Positions 10,199 through 22,281 of a stretch of DNA of 64,000 bases are shown here, one piece after another. Under the pieces are notes generated by a model. It had not been told where the DNA came from. It did no database searches and was given only the letters and a program-made list of their open reading frames with translations. The stretch covers positions 134,850,001 through 134,914,000 of the forward strand of contig OZ360220.1 in the NCBI GenBank assembly GCA_977017645.1, read 5' to 3'. Origin of the DNA: Torpedo marmorata. Lineage: Eukaryota. How positions within the stretch are numbered: position 1 is the first letter of the stretch; every line of letters starts with the position of its first letter. The position numbers were made by a program, and so were the translations under genes.

Positions 10199-11732
10199 TA
10201 TATCTTCGAACAGCACACGAGAGCTCTGTTGATTCAAAATGGCGCTAACCGCGCAACAAACCCCCACCAGAGCTGTATCTTTGAACAGTACTGTACACGA
10301 GAGCTCCATTGATTCCAATGGCGTCAGTTCCCCACTTGAGCAGTTGGGTGAAATCTTGCCCTTGCAGCTGTATCTTTGACCAGTGCACGAGAGCTCTGTT
10401 GATTCAAAATGGTGCTAACCGCGTGTCAGACCCCCACTTGAGCACGGTGGGTAAAATTTTTTTTCAACTTTCTTCAAATTGTGATGTCATGTCTCAGCCG
10501 AAAACAAATTCGGATACAGTATTCGAGAATTTCGGTAGATCGGTTTCCGGATAATCGGAAACGTACTGTATTGCTAATCTTGGCTTTTTGTTGTATTGCC
10601 CGAGCTCATCAACAAATCTTAACATCTCAACCACATTCTCTTTGACCTTGGAGGGCTGCAACCTTGGATGCAAAACACAGATTGAAAAGCTTTTGCCAAC
10701 ACTCCTCTGTTTAACAATTTTACTCATACACTTTTTTGCCAATGGGGAAAACAGACATGCGCATTTTAACAAGGTAAACCCCTGCATATCCATGCTCATC
10801 TCTAAAATAGGTATACAAAATAACTGGCAGCTCCTCAAAAATATCATTAGGCAAAAGTTCAGGTTAAAAAAGTTGCTTGGTATTGACTTGCAAAATACCT
10901 ACGACTTTAATACCCAGGTGAGCAAGATTTTGCAACTGCCACACTAAATGACCATAAACACTACAATTTTTTAATACTATCCAAGTTCATTTATATCCTG
11001 TACCACCAGTGTACTAATTGACTGAGATGCAATGTCCACTTATAACGACAGCTCAGTTTGGATTTGATAAAATTCAATAATCATAATTTCACTCATCTGG
11101 TTCAAATGTTTCCCAATATTTAAAAAAATAAGTTGTCCTTTATTTCTGAGTAACCCATGAGACTGTCACTTTTCACAGCAGAACTGAAGATCTGCAGGGT
11201 TGAGTTAAACTTAATTTTCTAAGTTTGTCTCAGGGATTAGTCTTTAATGGATATACTGAGCTGCTGCAGATAAATTTGAAGAATTAAGTCACTCACAAAG
11301 AAAGTATACATTTTCATTTGACAAAATGCTCTCTTTGGCAGTTTCTGGACCTTCAAACTGAGTTTCTATCAGAAATTGCATTGGACTCCCTCTAAAATAG
11401 GTTAATCCCCTTAAGATCCAGAAACATTCATTTCAAGATTGGGTAGTTCAGGGATAATAATTAGCCTATTTAGCATACTAAAATTCATATTGTATTCCTG
11501 CTGCATCTGGGTTTTCTCAACAGACCAATATTATCACCCGTGGGCCTGACTCCACATAATATACAATAACTGAAATGAACTCTAATCAGAATAATGGGAA
11601 AAATAAAAATTGAATACAAAATTTGGAAACATTCCACAAGTACTGTATTAAGTTGCCCTTTCTGAAGTTCAGATTTTTTTTCATTAGGAATAATTTATAA
11701 TCAACATTTACACTATCTCACCTTGCCCTCTT

Positions 11733-11934
11733 TTTTTAATTTTTTTAAATATTTTATTTTAAATTTTGAATTTTCTCACAGTAGTACAACATACGTAATA
11801 TGAATCATTAATTCCAGCAAATAAAAACACATAATTTGTATTACAGTGTATCTAACCCGTCCCCTAACCCACCCTCTATAATATTGCTACCCCACCCTCC
11901 ACCTCCCTTTAATTCCCTCCCTTTACTCTCTTTG
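11733..11934 (-). mobile_element. Very short L1 3'-end insertion with 15-bp TSD
   Basis: TSD tcaccttgccctctt at 11718-11732 and 11935-11949; A-rich tail with AATAAA and a G-rich tract on the minus strand, resembling 63780-63903. Confidence 0.75.
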
Positions 11935-12179
11935 TCACCTTGCCCTCTTGAACAATTATCTACTTTTGCTGAAGGGCTGGTCAACCAGGGTTCAGTTGAC
12001 AATCATCGCAGATGAAGAAAATGCACATATTGCGCTTGAGACAGTTTCAATCAAGTTCCATCTTAGCTGTTTCCAATTGTGACAACTTATTTTTGCAAAA
12101 TTATGCTCATATTTCTTATAGGGCTCTGCTTGAAAAAATATAAAAACTCCTTTTCAAAACTTGCAAAGAACATCTAGAC

Positions 12180-12418
12180 CAGCCATTCTCAACGGGGGCC
12201 CCACACCTTGCATCCCCACCTTCCGGGGCCACAGCACGTCTAAGTAAAAGCCTTGTTTTCTTTTCACCTCACGCAACATAAATATTTTTTTTGTTTTTTA
12301 TGTCGTCGGTAGGAGAGAAGTACAGAATAAACCAAAACTTGACTCCTTCACAGGGAAGGGGGTCCATAAACTATGACCAGAGTCCTGGGGAGGTGGGGGG
12401 GGGGGGGTGGAATAGCTG
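12180..12418. mobile_element. hAT/Charlie-like MITE remnant
   Basis: Starts CAGCCATTCTCAACGGGGGCC after atctagac (Charlie-type target); right end degenerate. Confidence 0.45.
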
Positions 12419-13003
12419 AAAAAGGACAGAGGAACAAAAGGTGGTACAAAGCCTCTAGTCTAGACTATCCCTGTCTGGCTTCTTATCCTCTGCAAATTCA
12501 AGTTCATCCAAAACTCTGCTACCCGTTTCTCAATTCGCACCTATCACATTAGGTTCACTGAATTATGGTTAAACAGTGTTTCAAATTTTAGTTTCAAAGT
12601 TATTCCCTCCTTGGCTTTGCCAATTTTTTTTACTTGTGTAACTTCTTAACCCAAAGAGAAATTTGTGACTCAAAATAAGCTTTGCTGCAACACTGCAGTC
12701 ATAATTTAGCTATCCCAGCATGAAGCTCCACAATTCCCATTCCAAACCTCACCCTTCTAGACAAGAGCGAAAGCGCCAAACGTCTGAGTCTCCCAATATC
12801 TCCTTATGAGGCTTGGTCTTAATTCTGAGTAAAACAATCAACTTCTACGTCAGAGATGTTTGATTATTGTAAGTAGTTGGCATTTAGACCTCGAAGTTAT
12901 ACAATCAGGGATGAGACAGCACTTATTAGTTTTGATCTAAAATGTCATGGCAATATTTTTAAACAAATGTTGAGAAAGTGGTTTCCTGTGAACTTTAATT
13001 ACT

Positions 13004-14090
13004 GAAGAACACAAGAAATAGGAGCAGGGGTATGCCATCTGCCCTGTCATGCCTGCTCTACCATTCAATAAGACTCTAATCCACCGACCTGCCTTTTCCC
13101 CATAACATGTAATTCTCATACTGTCCAAAAATCCATCTAACTGTGTCTTAAACATATTTAATGACGTAGCCTCCACTGCTTCCTTGGGCAGAGAATTCCA
13201 CAGATTCATTACTTTGGGAAAAGCAGTTCTTTTCCATCCCAAATCTACTCCCTCAAGGACTGAAGGGCCTGTATTGCACTGTAGTGTTCTATGAATGTTG
13301 AGGTTATGTCCCCAGGTTCTAATCTCACCTACCAATGAAAACAACTTTCCTGCCTCAAACTTATCGATCCCTTTCATAATTTTGTATGTTTCTGTAAGAT
13401 CCCCTCTTATTCTTCTGAATTCCAGCAAGTATAGTTTCAGGTGACTCAATCTCTCCTCATAAGCTAAACCCCTCATCTCTGGAATCAATCTGGTGAACCT
13501 CCTCAGCACTGCCTCCATAGCCAGTATATCTTTTCTCACGGAAGGAGACCAGAACTGCATGCAGGCCTCACCAGAACCCTGTCTTTCCTGAATCCATGCT
13601 GCACTTGCCTGATGAAACCACTTGACTCCAGATGTCCCGCTATTTCTTCCTTAATAACAGCTTCAAGCATTTTCCCCGACTACAGATGTTAAGCTAACTG
13701 GCCCATAAGTATCTGCCTTTAGACCGATTAGTTTGCTCAATACTACTTCTTTAGTGATTGTGATTCAAGGTCCTCACCTCCACTCGCATACATAACATCT
13801 CTCTTTGGCAGGTTAGACATGACTTCGACTGTGAAGACTGACACAAAATAGTCATTCAAAGCCTCGGTCATTTCTGCATTATCCAACATTAATTTCCCCT
13901 TCTATCTTCCAAGGGATCAATATTCACTTTAGCCTGCCTTTTCCGCTTTATATGATTATAAAAACTTTTATAATCTGTTTTTATATTTTGTGCTGGAATA
14001 CTTTCAATATCTATCCTCTTCCTTAATTGCTTGCTTTGTGGTTCTTTGTTGCTTTTTAAAGTTTTCCCAATCTTCCAGTTTCCCAACAAT
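13004..14090 (-). mobile_element. CR1 LINE fragment, internally deleted
   Basis: ORF 12937..13560 reads QFWSP...RRFTRLIP...YEERL...RGDL.ETYKIMKG; upstream piece KSFYNHIKRKR. Confidence 0.8.
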
Positions 14091-14527
14091 TCATCTATAT
14101 GCAAAATAATCACATAACCCCATCTAACTTAGTCCAAGGCTCATGTTTAACATACAAACACTACAAAACAACATTTGAAGTTTTGATAATAGGGTTATTC
14201 TTATTTCTGCTAATGCTATGGGTCAGCTCAATTATCAAACTCAAATATGAATCTTGGCTTAGATCCTTCTTGACTATAATCATGTTTATGGGAATTTCCC
14301 AAACAATTGTACATCAGTAAATCTCCACAGCATTCTGTTATTAGGTGAAAACTGTGCAAAGAATATTACAATTTACGTAGAGTGACACAAGGAAAATGAT
14401 TTCAAGAATTGAGTAACTAGTCATATTGGTACACAAAAGTGCTGGAGAAACTCAGCAGGCCACTCAGCATTCACAGAAAGTAAAAGGCAGTCGACGTTTC
14501 GGGCCTGGAGCCCTTCTGAAGAAGTAG

Positions 14528-14937
14528 CAGGGTCGGCGCCAGAACGAGTGTTAGAGGGGGGCATCAGGGTAACCGCGGGGGGGGGGAGGGGGGGCCACAG
14601 TCTGACAGTTGTAAACTCGCTCAGTGGGGGGGAGGGGGGGGTGCTGTTGGACTACCTTTGGAATGGACGTAAACCTCCTTCTCCGTCCCCTCTGATGGTA
14701 GCAGCCAAAAGCGCTGCTTTTATTGCGTCGAGAGTCACTAGCCTGTGCTAGTGATGCTTGACGCACGCTAGTGACAGGGGCGGGTGGAGAGTCACTAGTG
14801 TGCGTCAAGCTAGACGCTAATGATGTTTGACGCACGCTAGTGACGGGGGCAGGTCTGACGGCAAGCAATGGGGCGGCACAGCACCTCACTTGTGGGGGGC
14901 AATGCCCGCAAATGCCCCCCCCCTGGCGCCGACCCTG
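14528..14937. mobile_element. hAT MITE, 410 bp
   Basis: Perfect 15-bp TIR CAGGGTCGGCGCCAG/CTGGCGCCGACCCTG; perfect 8-bp TSD agaagtag at 14520-14527 and 14938-14945. Confidence 0.9.
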
Positions 14938-15762
14938 AGAAGTAGCCATCTATTTGATAATGCCAGCTTGTCAATTTAGGTTACATGTCAAAATAGTCAG
15001 AGGGAAAAAAAATGGAAGATTGCTATCAAACATTCTTGACAAGAGTTCAAACGTTTATGAATATTTAGATTATTAAAAATAAGTACAAGAAACCTCTAAT
15101 TTCAATCAAGCCCATTATCAAAATTATTATTTGTTCAGTACGTTTATCAGATATTCAACACTCCTAAGTATTGCATCTGAAAACTGAATGAAGAAAGGAG
15201 ACTGCAGATGCTGGAATCTGGAGAAAAGTGCAGAAAGACCAGCATCATTGTAACAACTTCAATACAAGAGATATAAAAAAAATTGAATGGTTTGAATGTG
15301 GCTTTAAGCATCAAATGTATGAAGAAAATAAATGACATTTAAAAACCAAAATAGAATACAAATGTAACTCACATTTAGTTACCAAGGGCAAACAGACTGC
15401 TTCGAGATCAGCTGGCCCAGTCTGGGTTGTTATTATGTATTTACCAAAATTCATATTAGTACATTACAGAAGGGACTGGATAAAGAAATGCAACGAAACA
15501 TACAAACTCCAGAGTTACACCCACAAAACTAACAGCTTGTGCCCAACAAGACACAACTCAGGCATTCAAAAACAGGAAAAGATCTGAAAGGCAACTTAAC
15601 ACCACAAATCATTATGCCTTATATGGTGCTATTAAGTTAAAGTATTACTGGCACACATTATGATTCTATTCTGCTTTTGCCTGATTACATGCTTTATAAT
15701 AAACGAGTTTATTCACAACACTGCATTTGCTTATTTTCAAAAAAAGGATCTACCGTACTTAC

Positions 15763-15889
15763 CTTGTGCTTCATAATCGGCATGGTAAGGAGTAGACTGT
15801 CTATTCTGTGGAGCTGAGCTCATGCCGAGCACCGACTGCAGTTGTGCCACATTCAAACAGGCTGTATGTTCACCACTTCGATCGCCGAT
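15763..15889 (-). CDS. GPSM1: GPSM1/AGS3 coding exon (TPR-to-linker), 127 bp, phase 0 to 1
   Basis: cttcttgcag|ATCGGC...CACAAG|gtaagt gives IGDRSGEHTACLNVAQLQSVLGMSSAPQNRQSTPYHADYEAQ(G). NVAQLQ.VLG and YEAQG are GPSM1-type. Confidence 0.9.
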
Positions 15890-17991
15890 CTGCAAGAAGA
15901 CATCCCAAGGTTGAAAACTTACAGAGAGAGATTACCTCCGAGGTTACGTTGCCATATTGTCTGGACGATGTACTGAAGGTGGCAAGTGTGGGGTGGGGCA
16001 GGAGTTCAGGAGTTACAAGCAAAGGAAAGCAGGACATTTGTGCCTGGTCTGATGCAATTGATCCACAGAAAAAAAATTAGTCCAAATTCAGAAGCTGCCC
16101 TGCATATTGATGTTTAACTGAGTTGTCATTGCATTCCAGACCACCTCCTGTTTATTATTAATGGCCCATCAATCCCAATTGCTGCAAAGCAGATGAGACT
16201 TCACTTCTTCCACATTTTATGCACACTACACCCAGACTGTAGCAAAAATTAGCACTGCTAATGAAATATATTCATATACTGAAGGAACATTTAAATGTTG
16301 ATATTATACTGTGTACAATGGAATATTGAAAGACGTGCAAATCTTTAAACCACAGAGTTTAAAAGGCGTACTGCTGTTGTTGGCATCAGGTTCTGCTTTT
16401 TGGAAGTTGTTCTGAACGTTACTTTGGCACCTGAATGCAAAATTCTGTTTGGTTTTAAAAAATTAACCCTTATCCTGCTAAACTGCTATCATAAATGGAA
16501 AGGCTTGGATTTACATTACCCAATGACACAGAAGTGTGAATGACCAATTATCACTAATCTTCTCTGTTAGAAGTATTTTAATCAGATGAACATTCGCAAC
16601 AGGTAATATATTCAATGTAGTTCCCTCTTTCCATAACTTTTCCCCCATGTTTTTATTTGTTGCTTTATTTTGCCATTTAGAAACAAAGACATCATCCAGT
16701 TTCAAGTTGCATTGGATACCATGAAGTTTAACATTTTGGAACTCCTTATCACAAGAGTGAAACACTTCCTTCTGCAATATACTAAAGAAAGATCAACATT
16801 ACCAATTCCCAATTTTCTACTTTTACTTCCAACTTTTTTCAGTCATTTGGTATCCAAATATCTTTGGAACTTTGCAGTACACAAAAGTACTGGAGAAACT
16901 CAGCAGGTCATGCAGCATCCATAGGAAGTAAAAGGCAGTCGACCTTTGCTCTTGATTCTTAGCAACGGCATTTTGCACTAATTCAATGCCTTTATACGTT
17001 CCAAGGCACTGGACAGGACTATTAATCAAATAAAATTTAACACTGGGCCACAGGAAATTCAAGGACAATTGTCTGAAGATCAGATTTCAGATTTATTGTC
17101 AGAGTACATGTATGCATGACATCACATACAACCCTGACATTCTTTTTTCTACGGGCGAGACAGAATTACCACTTATTGGTAGTGCAAAAAAAAAAACTGT
17201 ACACAGCGTATACATGTAAACAAATAAATAACTGTAAACAGATAACGAATGTAAACAAACTGACTGTGCAATAGAGAGAACAAAAGAAAATCAATAAAGT
17301 GCACTAGCAAGAGTCCTTAAATGAGTCCCTGATTAAGCTTGTTGTTGAGGAGTCTGATGGTGGAGGGGTAGCAGCTGTTCCTGAACCTGGTAGTGCGAGT
17401 CTTGTAGCACCTATACCTCTTTCCTGATGGCAGCAGCGAGAACAGAGCGTGTGCTGGGTGGTGTGGATCCTTGATGATTGCTGCTGCTCTCCAACGGCAG
17501 TGTTCCCTGTAGATGTTCTCGATAGTGGGGAGGGTTTTGCCTGTGATGTCCTGGACTGTGTCCACCACCTTTTGGTGGGCTTTACGCTCAGGGGTATTGG
17601 TATCCCCATACCAGACCATGATGCAGCCGGTCAGCACACTTTCCACCACACATCTGTAGAAATTTGCCAAGGTTTCTGGTGTCATACCAAACCTCCACAA
17701 ACTCCTGAGGAAGTAGAGACGCTGACGTGCTTTCTTCACGATGCCATTAGTGTATTGGCTCCAGGAAAGCTCCTCTGCGATAGTGACTCCCAAGAACTTA
17801 AATTTCCTCACCTTCTCCACCTCTAATCCCCCAATGATCACTGGATTGTATACCTCTGGCTTTCCCTTCCTGAAGTCAACAATCAGTCAAAACAATCAAT
17901 GTTTTGGTGACATTTAGTGCAAGTAAAAAACACCAAAGCTGGAGAACTCAGCAGGTCAAACAGTATCTTTTATGTAGCAAAGGTAGAAATA

Positions 17992-18032
17992 CATAACCGA
18001 CGTTTCAGGCTTGAGCCCTTCATCAAAGTATG
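17992..18032 (-). ncRNA. Minimal hammerhead-like motif of PLE copy 2
   Basis: catact-TTGATGA-A-GGGC-tcaa-GCCT-GAAA-CG-TC-ggttatg; both differences from copy 1 keep G-U pairs. Confidence 0.55.
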
Positions 18033-18216
18033 AGAAAATGCCGGCAGGCGTCCGAACAAAGGAGTGAGGGGGGAAGGGGGGTGGGAAAGGCAGGAGATGA
18101 TAGGTGGAGAAAGGAGGGAGGGGACAGCAGCAAAGAGGGGGAGGAGGGATGGCTGGGTTGGTGGAAAAAAACAGGAAGGACAGGTGAGGGGGAGGGGAAG
18201 GGAACAACAAGCAGGT

Positions 18217-20394
18217 TTAGTGGAGAGCAGAAAAGTCAATGTTAATTCCATCTGGCTGGAGAGTGCCGAGACGGAATATGAGATGTTGTTCCTCCAATTT
18301 GCGGGTAGTCTGGGTGGGATAGTACATGGGGCCATGGACAGACATGTGAGTGTGGGAGTGTGACCCAGAATTGAAATGGTTGGCTACTGGGAGGTCGCTG
18401 TTGTTGCGGATGGAGAGGTGCTCAGCAAAGCGGTCTCCCAATCTACGACCGGTCTCTCCAATGTATAGAAAGCCACAAAGGGAGCACCGGATGCAGTATA
18501 TAAGTCCTCTGGATGTGCAAGTGAAGTGTAGTTTCACTTGGAAGGCCTGTTTGGGGCCCTGGACCGTGGTGAGGGGGGAGGTGTGGGCGCAGGTGTTGCA
18601 CCTCCTGCGGGAACAGGGGAAGGTTCCGGGGGTGCGATGGGTGGGGAGGGACGAGTGCACGAGTGAATCGCGGAGGGAGCGGTCCCTACGGAAGGCCGAG
18701 AGGGGAGGAGAAGGAAAAATGTGTCTGGTGGTGGGATCCTGCAGCAAGTGCCGGAAATTCCGGCAGATAATGTGTTGGATGCGGAGGCTGGTGGGGTGGT
18801 AGGTGAGGATGAGGGGTATTCTATGTTTGTTGCGTCTGGGGGCAGAGGGGGCCAGGGCAGATGAGCGGGAAATGGAGGAGATGCGGGTGAGGGCTGAGTT
18901 GATGGTGGTGGAGGGGAAGCCACGTTTGTGGAAAAAGGCAGACATTTCAGAAGATCTGGAGTGGAACACCTCATCTTGGGAACAGATGCGGCGGAGGCGG
19001 AGAAATTGAGAGAAGGGGATGGAGTCCTTGCAGGGGACAGGGTGTGAGGATGTGTAGTCCAGATAGTTGTGGGAGTTGGAGGGTTTGTAGTAAATGTCGG
19101 TGGAAAGCTTGTCTCCCGAGATGGAGACAGAGAGATCCAGGAAGGGGAGAGTGTTATCGGAGATGGACCAGGTGAGTTTGAGATCGTGGTGAAAGTTGGA
19201 TGCGAAGTGGATGAAGTTGACAAGCTCATCGTGGGTGCATGAGGCAGCCCCGATGTAGTCGTTGATATACCGGAGGAAGAGATGAGGGGTCTTGCCTGTG
19301 TAGGCTTGCAGCATGGATTGCTCCACAAAGCCCACAAACAGGCAGGCGTAGCTGGGACCCATGCGGGTACCCATGGCTACTCCTTTGATTTGGAGGAAGT
19401 GGGATGAGTTGAAGGAGAAGTTATTGAGAGTGAGGACAAGTTCTGCCAGGTGGAGGAGGGTGGTGGTAGAGGGTGACTGGTCGGGTCTTTGGTCCAGTAA
19501 GAAGCGAAGTGCTTTCAGACCTTCTGTGTGGGGGATGGAGGTATAAAGGGATTGGACATCCATGGTGAAGATGATGCGGTCCGGTTCAGGGAATCTGAAG
19601 TCATTGAGGAGATGGAGGGCATGTGAGGTGTCGCGGATGTAGGTGGGGAGGGATTGGACCAGGGGAGAAAAGATGGAGTCAAGGTAAGATGAAACTAGTT
19701 CGGTGGGGCAGGAGCAGGCAGAAACAATGGGTCTGCCCGGATGGTTGGGTTTGTGTATCTTGGGTAGAAGGTAGAAACGGGCAGTGCGGGGGTGGGGGAG
19801 AATGAGGTTGGTGGCCGTGGAGGGGAGGTGACCGTAGGTGATGAGGTCGGAGATGGTGTTGGAGACAGCGGCTTGATGTGCTGTGGTGGGGTCCTGTGGG
19901 AGGGGTCGGTAGGAGGAGGTGTCTGAGAGTTGTCGACTGACCTCAGCAAGGTAGAGGTCAGTGCGCCAGACCACAACCGCACCGCCCTTGTCTGCGGGTT
20001 TGATGGTGAGGTTGGGATTGTTGCGGAGAGAGTGGAGGGCAGAGCGTTCTGCGGAGGTGAGGTTGGAATACGAGAGGGGGGTGGTGAAGTTGAGACGGTT
20101 GATGTCTCGGCGGCAGTTGGAAATAAAAAGGTCCAGAGCGGGCAGCTGGCCAGGGCGGGGTGTCCAGGAAGAGGAAGAAGGCTTGAAATGGGAGAAAGGG
20201 TCTTGGGTGGGGGGTGGAGAATCACGGTCATGGAAGTGAGCACGGAGGTGGAGGCGACGGAAGAAGAGTTCGGCATCATGGCGTGCGCGGAACCTGTTGA
20301 GGTGTGGGCGGAGGGGGACGAAGGTGAGGCCTCTACTGAGGACGGAGCGCTCCGTCTCAGAGAGGGGAAGGTCGGAGGGGATAGTAAAAACCAA
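18217..20394 (-). CDS. PLE RT + GIY-YIG ORF (725 aa); catalytic YIDD mutated to YIND
   Basis: ORF track shows RYINDY where copy 1 has RYIDDY; otherwise near-identical. Confidence 0.88.
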   Translation of the reverse strand: MVFTIPSDLPLSETERSVLSRGLTFVPLRPHLNRFRARHDAELFFRRLHLRAHFHDRDSPPPTQDPFSHFKPSSSSWTPRPGQLPALDLFISNCRRDINRLNFTTPLSYSNLTSAERSALHSLRNNPNLTIKPADKGGAVVVWRTDLYLAEVSRQLSDTSSYRPLPQDPTTAHQAAVSNTISDLITYGHLPSTATNLILPHPRTARFYLLPKIHKPNHPGRPIVSACSCPTELVSSYLDSIFSPLVQSLPTYIRDTSHALHLLNDFRFPEPDRIIFTMDVQSLYTSIPHTEGLKALRFLLDQRPDQSPSTTTLLHLAELVLTLNNFSFNSSHFLQIKGVAMGTRMGPSYACLFVGFVEQSMLQAYTGKTPHLFLRYINDYIGAASCTHDELVNFIHFASNFHHDLKLTWSISDNTLPFLDLSVSISGDKLSTDIYYKPSNSHNYLDYTSSHPVPCKDSIPFSQFLRLRRICSQDEVFHSRSSEMSAFFHKRGFPSTTINSALTRISSISRSSALAPSAPRRNKHRIPLILTYHPTSLRIQHIICRNFRHLLQDPTTRHIFPSPPLSAFRRDRSLRDSLVHSSLPTHRTPGTFPCSRRRCNTCAHTSPLTTVQGPKQAFQVKLHFTCTSRGLIYCIRCSLCGFLYIGETGRRLGDRFAEHLSIRNNSDLPVANHFNSGSHSHTHMSVHGPMYYPTQTTRKLEEQHLIFRLGTLQPDGINIDFSALH

Positions 20395-22281
20395 GCAGGG
20401 GTTAGAGTGGGGATCGGTGTTGTGGAGGGTGTTGGGGGGAGTGGGAGGTCAGAGGGGGGAGGTGGAGGGTGGGGGAGGTTGGAGGGAGGGTCGGAGGGGG
20501 GAGGTGGGGGGTAGGGGAGGTGGGAGAGGGGGGTAGGGAGGGTAGCCAGAGAGAGGGGGGGGATGGAGGGAAGTGAAGGGATGAGGTCTGAGGGTTGGGG
20601 AGGAGAGTGGGGCAGAGAGGGGGAGATGGGGGTGGAGTAGGGAGAGGTGTAGGAGGAGAAGGAAGGAGTAGTGAGGGGGATAGGTAAGTGGGATCTTGTT
20701 GCGAGATGAGGACTCCAGTGGCAGTCAGCGTGGGAGGCTCCAGCAGGTAACAGTCTGTGTCGGGAGTCGGCGGTGGAGGCATCGGGAACTCTGGTGAGTA
20801 GAGGTTGTTGTTGGCTGCACCATTCAGCAAAGTTTTCAATCTCCCTCCTGTATGCCAACTCATCACCTTTCTTTATACAACCCACAACTGTGATATCATC
20901 AGCAAATTTGTAGATGGTGTTATTGTCGTACCAAGCCACACAGTCGTAGGTGTAAAGTGAGTAGAGCAGGGGGCTAAGAATGCAGCCCTATGGTGCTCCG
21001 GGACTGATGGAGATTGTGGAGAAGATTTTCTTACCAATCTTCACTGATTGTGATCTGGAGGTGAGGAAATCCATGATCCAATTACACAGTGGAGTTTGAG
21101 TCCCAGGTCTTGGTGTTTGCTGATCAGTTTTGAGGGGATGATAGTGTTAAATGCTGAACTGTAGTCGATAAAGAGTATCCTGATGAATGCATCTTTACTG
21201 TCCAGGTGTTCCAGGGCTTTGTGTCGAGCCAGTGAGATGGCAGCTACATGAAAATATTGGTATTATGGAGGAATGTAAAAAAATATTGGGATAGGTGCAA
21301 GAAGAAAATATCAAAGGTTATGCTTGAGGCAGCTAAAAATACAACCCTCCTCCGCTCCCTCCACCTCCGCTCCCTCCACCTCCATGACTGAATGATATAA
21401 ATCCGTTGAGAGATTAATGTTTCATGACGTAGGATAAAATAAGTGAAAAAGAAAAACAACAATCCATGATGTTGAGTGCTTCTTTTGTGATGCTCCACTC
21501 TCCAGAGCTCCTGATCCAACTGAACCCCTTCGTTTGGCCTCTTATCCTCTCTTGTCTATTTATTGTTAACTGCTGCCATAATACTGACTTGTCTTAATAT
21601 CTTCATGGCCCTTGTGTGCTCTAACCTACCCCCCATTTCTCCCATTTTGAGCTTGCAGCCTCCCACTTGCAATCAACCCCAATATTGTCAATAAAAACGC
21701 TGACAAGAATGGTGCTGTTGCAATTTGGAAAACTGATCTTTACTTCACAGAGACCAAATTTCAGCCCTCTGAGACCACTCACACCTCTCACTCCACCAAT
21801 GAACATCAGGTACCTGATCTACTTTCCTCAGAAGATCTGCACTTCAAAGCCACTGACCACAGACACCAAACTCACTTCTATCTCCTCTCCAGCAACCACA
21901 AGCAGGGCTGTTGTAATAGGATTGTTCTCCCAGCCTGCTCTTGTCCCACAAGATGCATTTCTTCCAAACCTGATCCTATTCTTTCTCCTCCCACATCAAG
22001 GACACCCATGTTCCCTCCACCACAGTTATAATTTCCCAGGCGACAACCAGCTCATTTTCACCACTATCGTAAACTAGGATGGCCTGAGAGCCCTCAAGTT
22101 CTCTTGCAGAGAAGCTTAACGATTTCCCCTGGACAAGCAGCTTCATTTCCCTGCTTGAACTAGTTCTTCCTTCGAACTTCTCTTTTAGAATCAGATTCAC
22201 ACAGCGCAGAAACAGGACTTCAGGTGAACAAATCCTCATCGACCATTAGGCGCCCATTTTAACTCGCTTTCTCAAAAGTAC

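Larger units (their letters stand above)
8848..10568. mobile_element. Tc1/mariner (Tigger-like) MITE, outer element of a nest
   Basis: TIR CAGTACGTTTCCGATTATCCG at 8848 with its reverse complement ending at 10568; TA on both flanks. Confidence 0.85.
17923..20801 (-). mobile_element. Penelope-like retroelement (Neptune-type), copy 2
   Basis: Near-identical reverse complement of 82-2966. Confidence 0.92.
17081..21243 (-). mobile_element. Rex1/Babar-like LINE split by PLE copy 2 (parts 17081-17922 and 20802-21243)
   Basis: YKFADDITVVGCI...AYRREIENFAEWC on the right part; KFLGVTI...HPAHALFSLLPSGKRYR on the left part; (ATCTGA)-like tail. Confidence 0.85.

Noticed and set aside
19695-20939. 414-aa ORF beginning with an FADD motif
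   Set aside because: Chimeric read-through from the Rex1 RT fragment into an off-frame, C-rich part of the PLE.
21340-21385. Short ctccgctccctccac repeat
   Set aside because: Two to three copies within a probable degraded retroelement fragment; nothing further supports a function.
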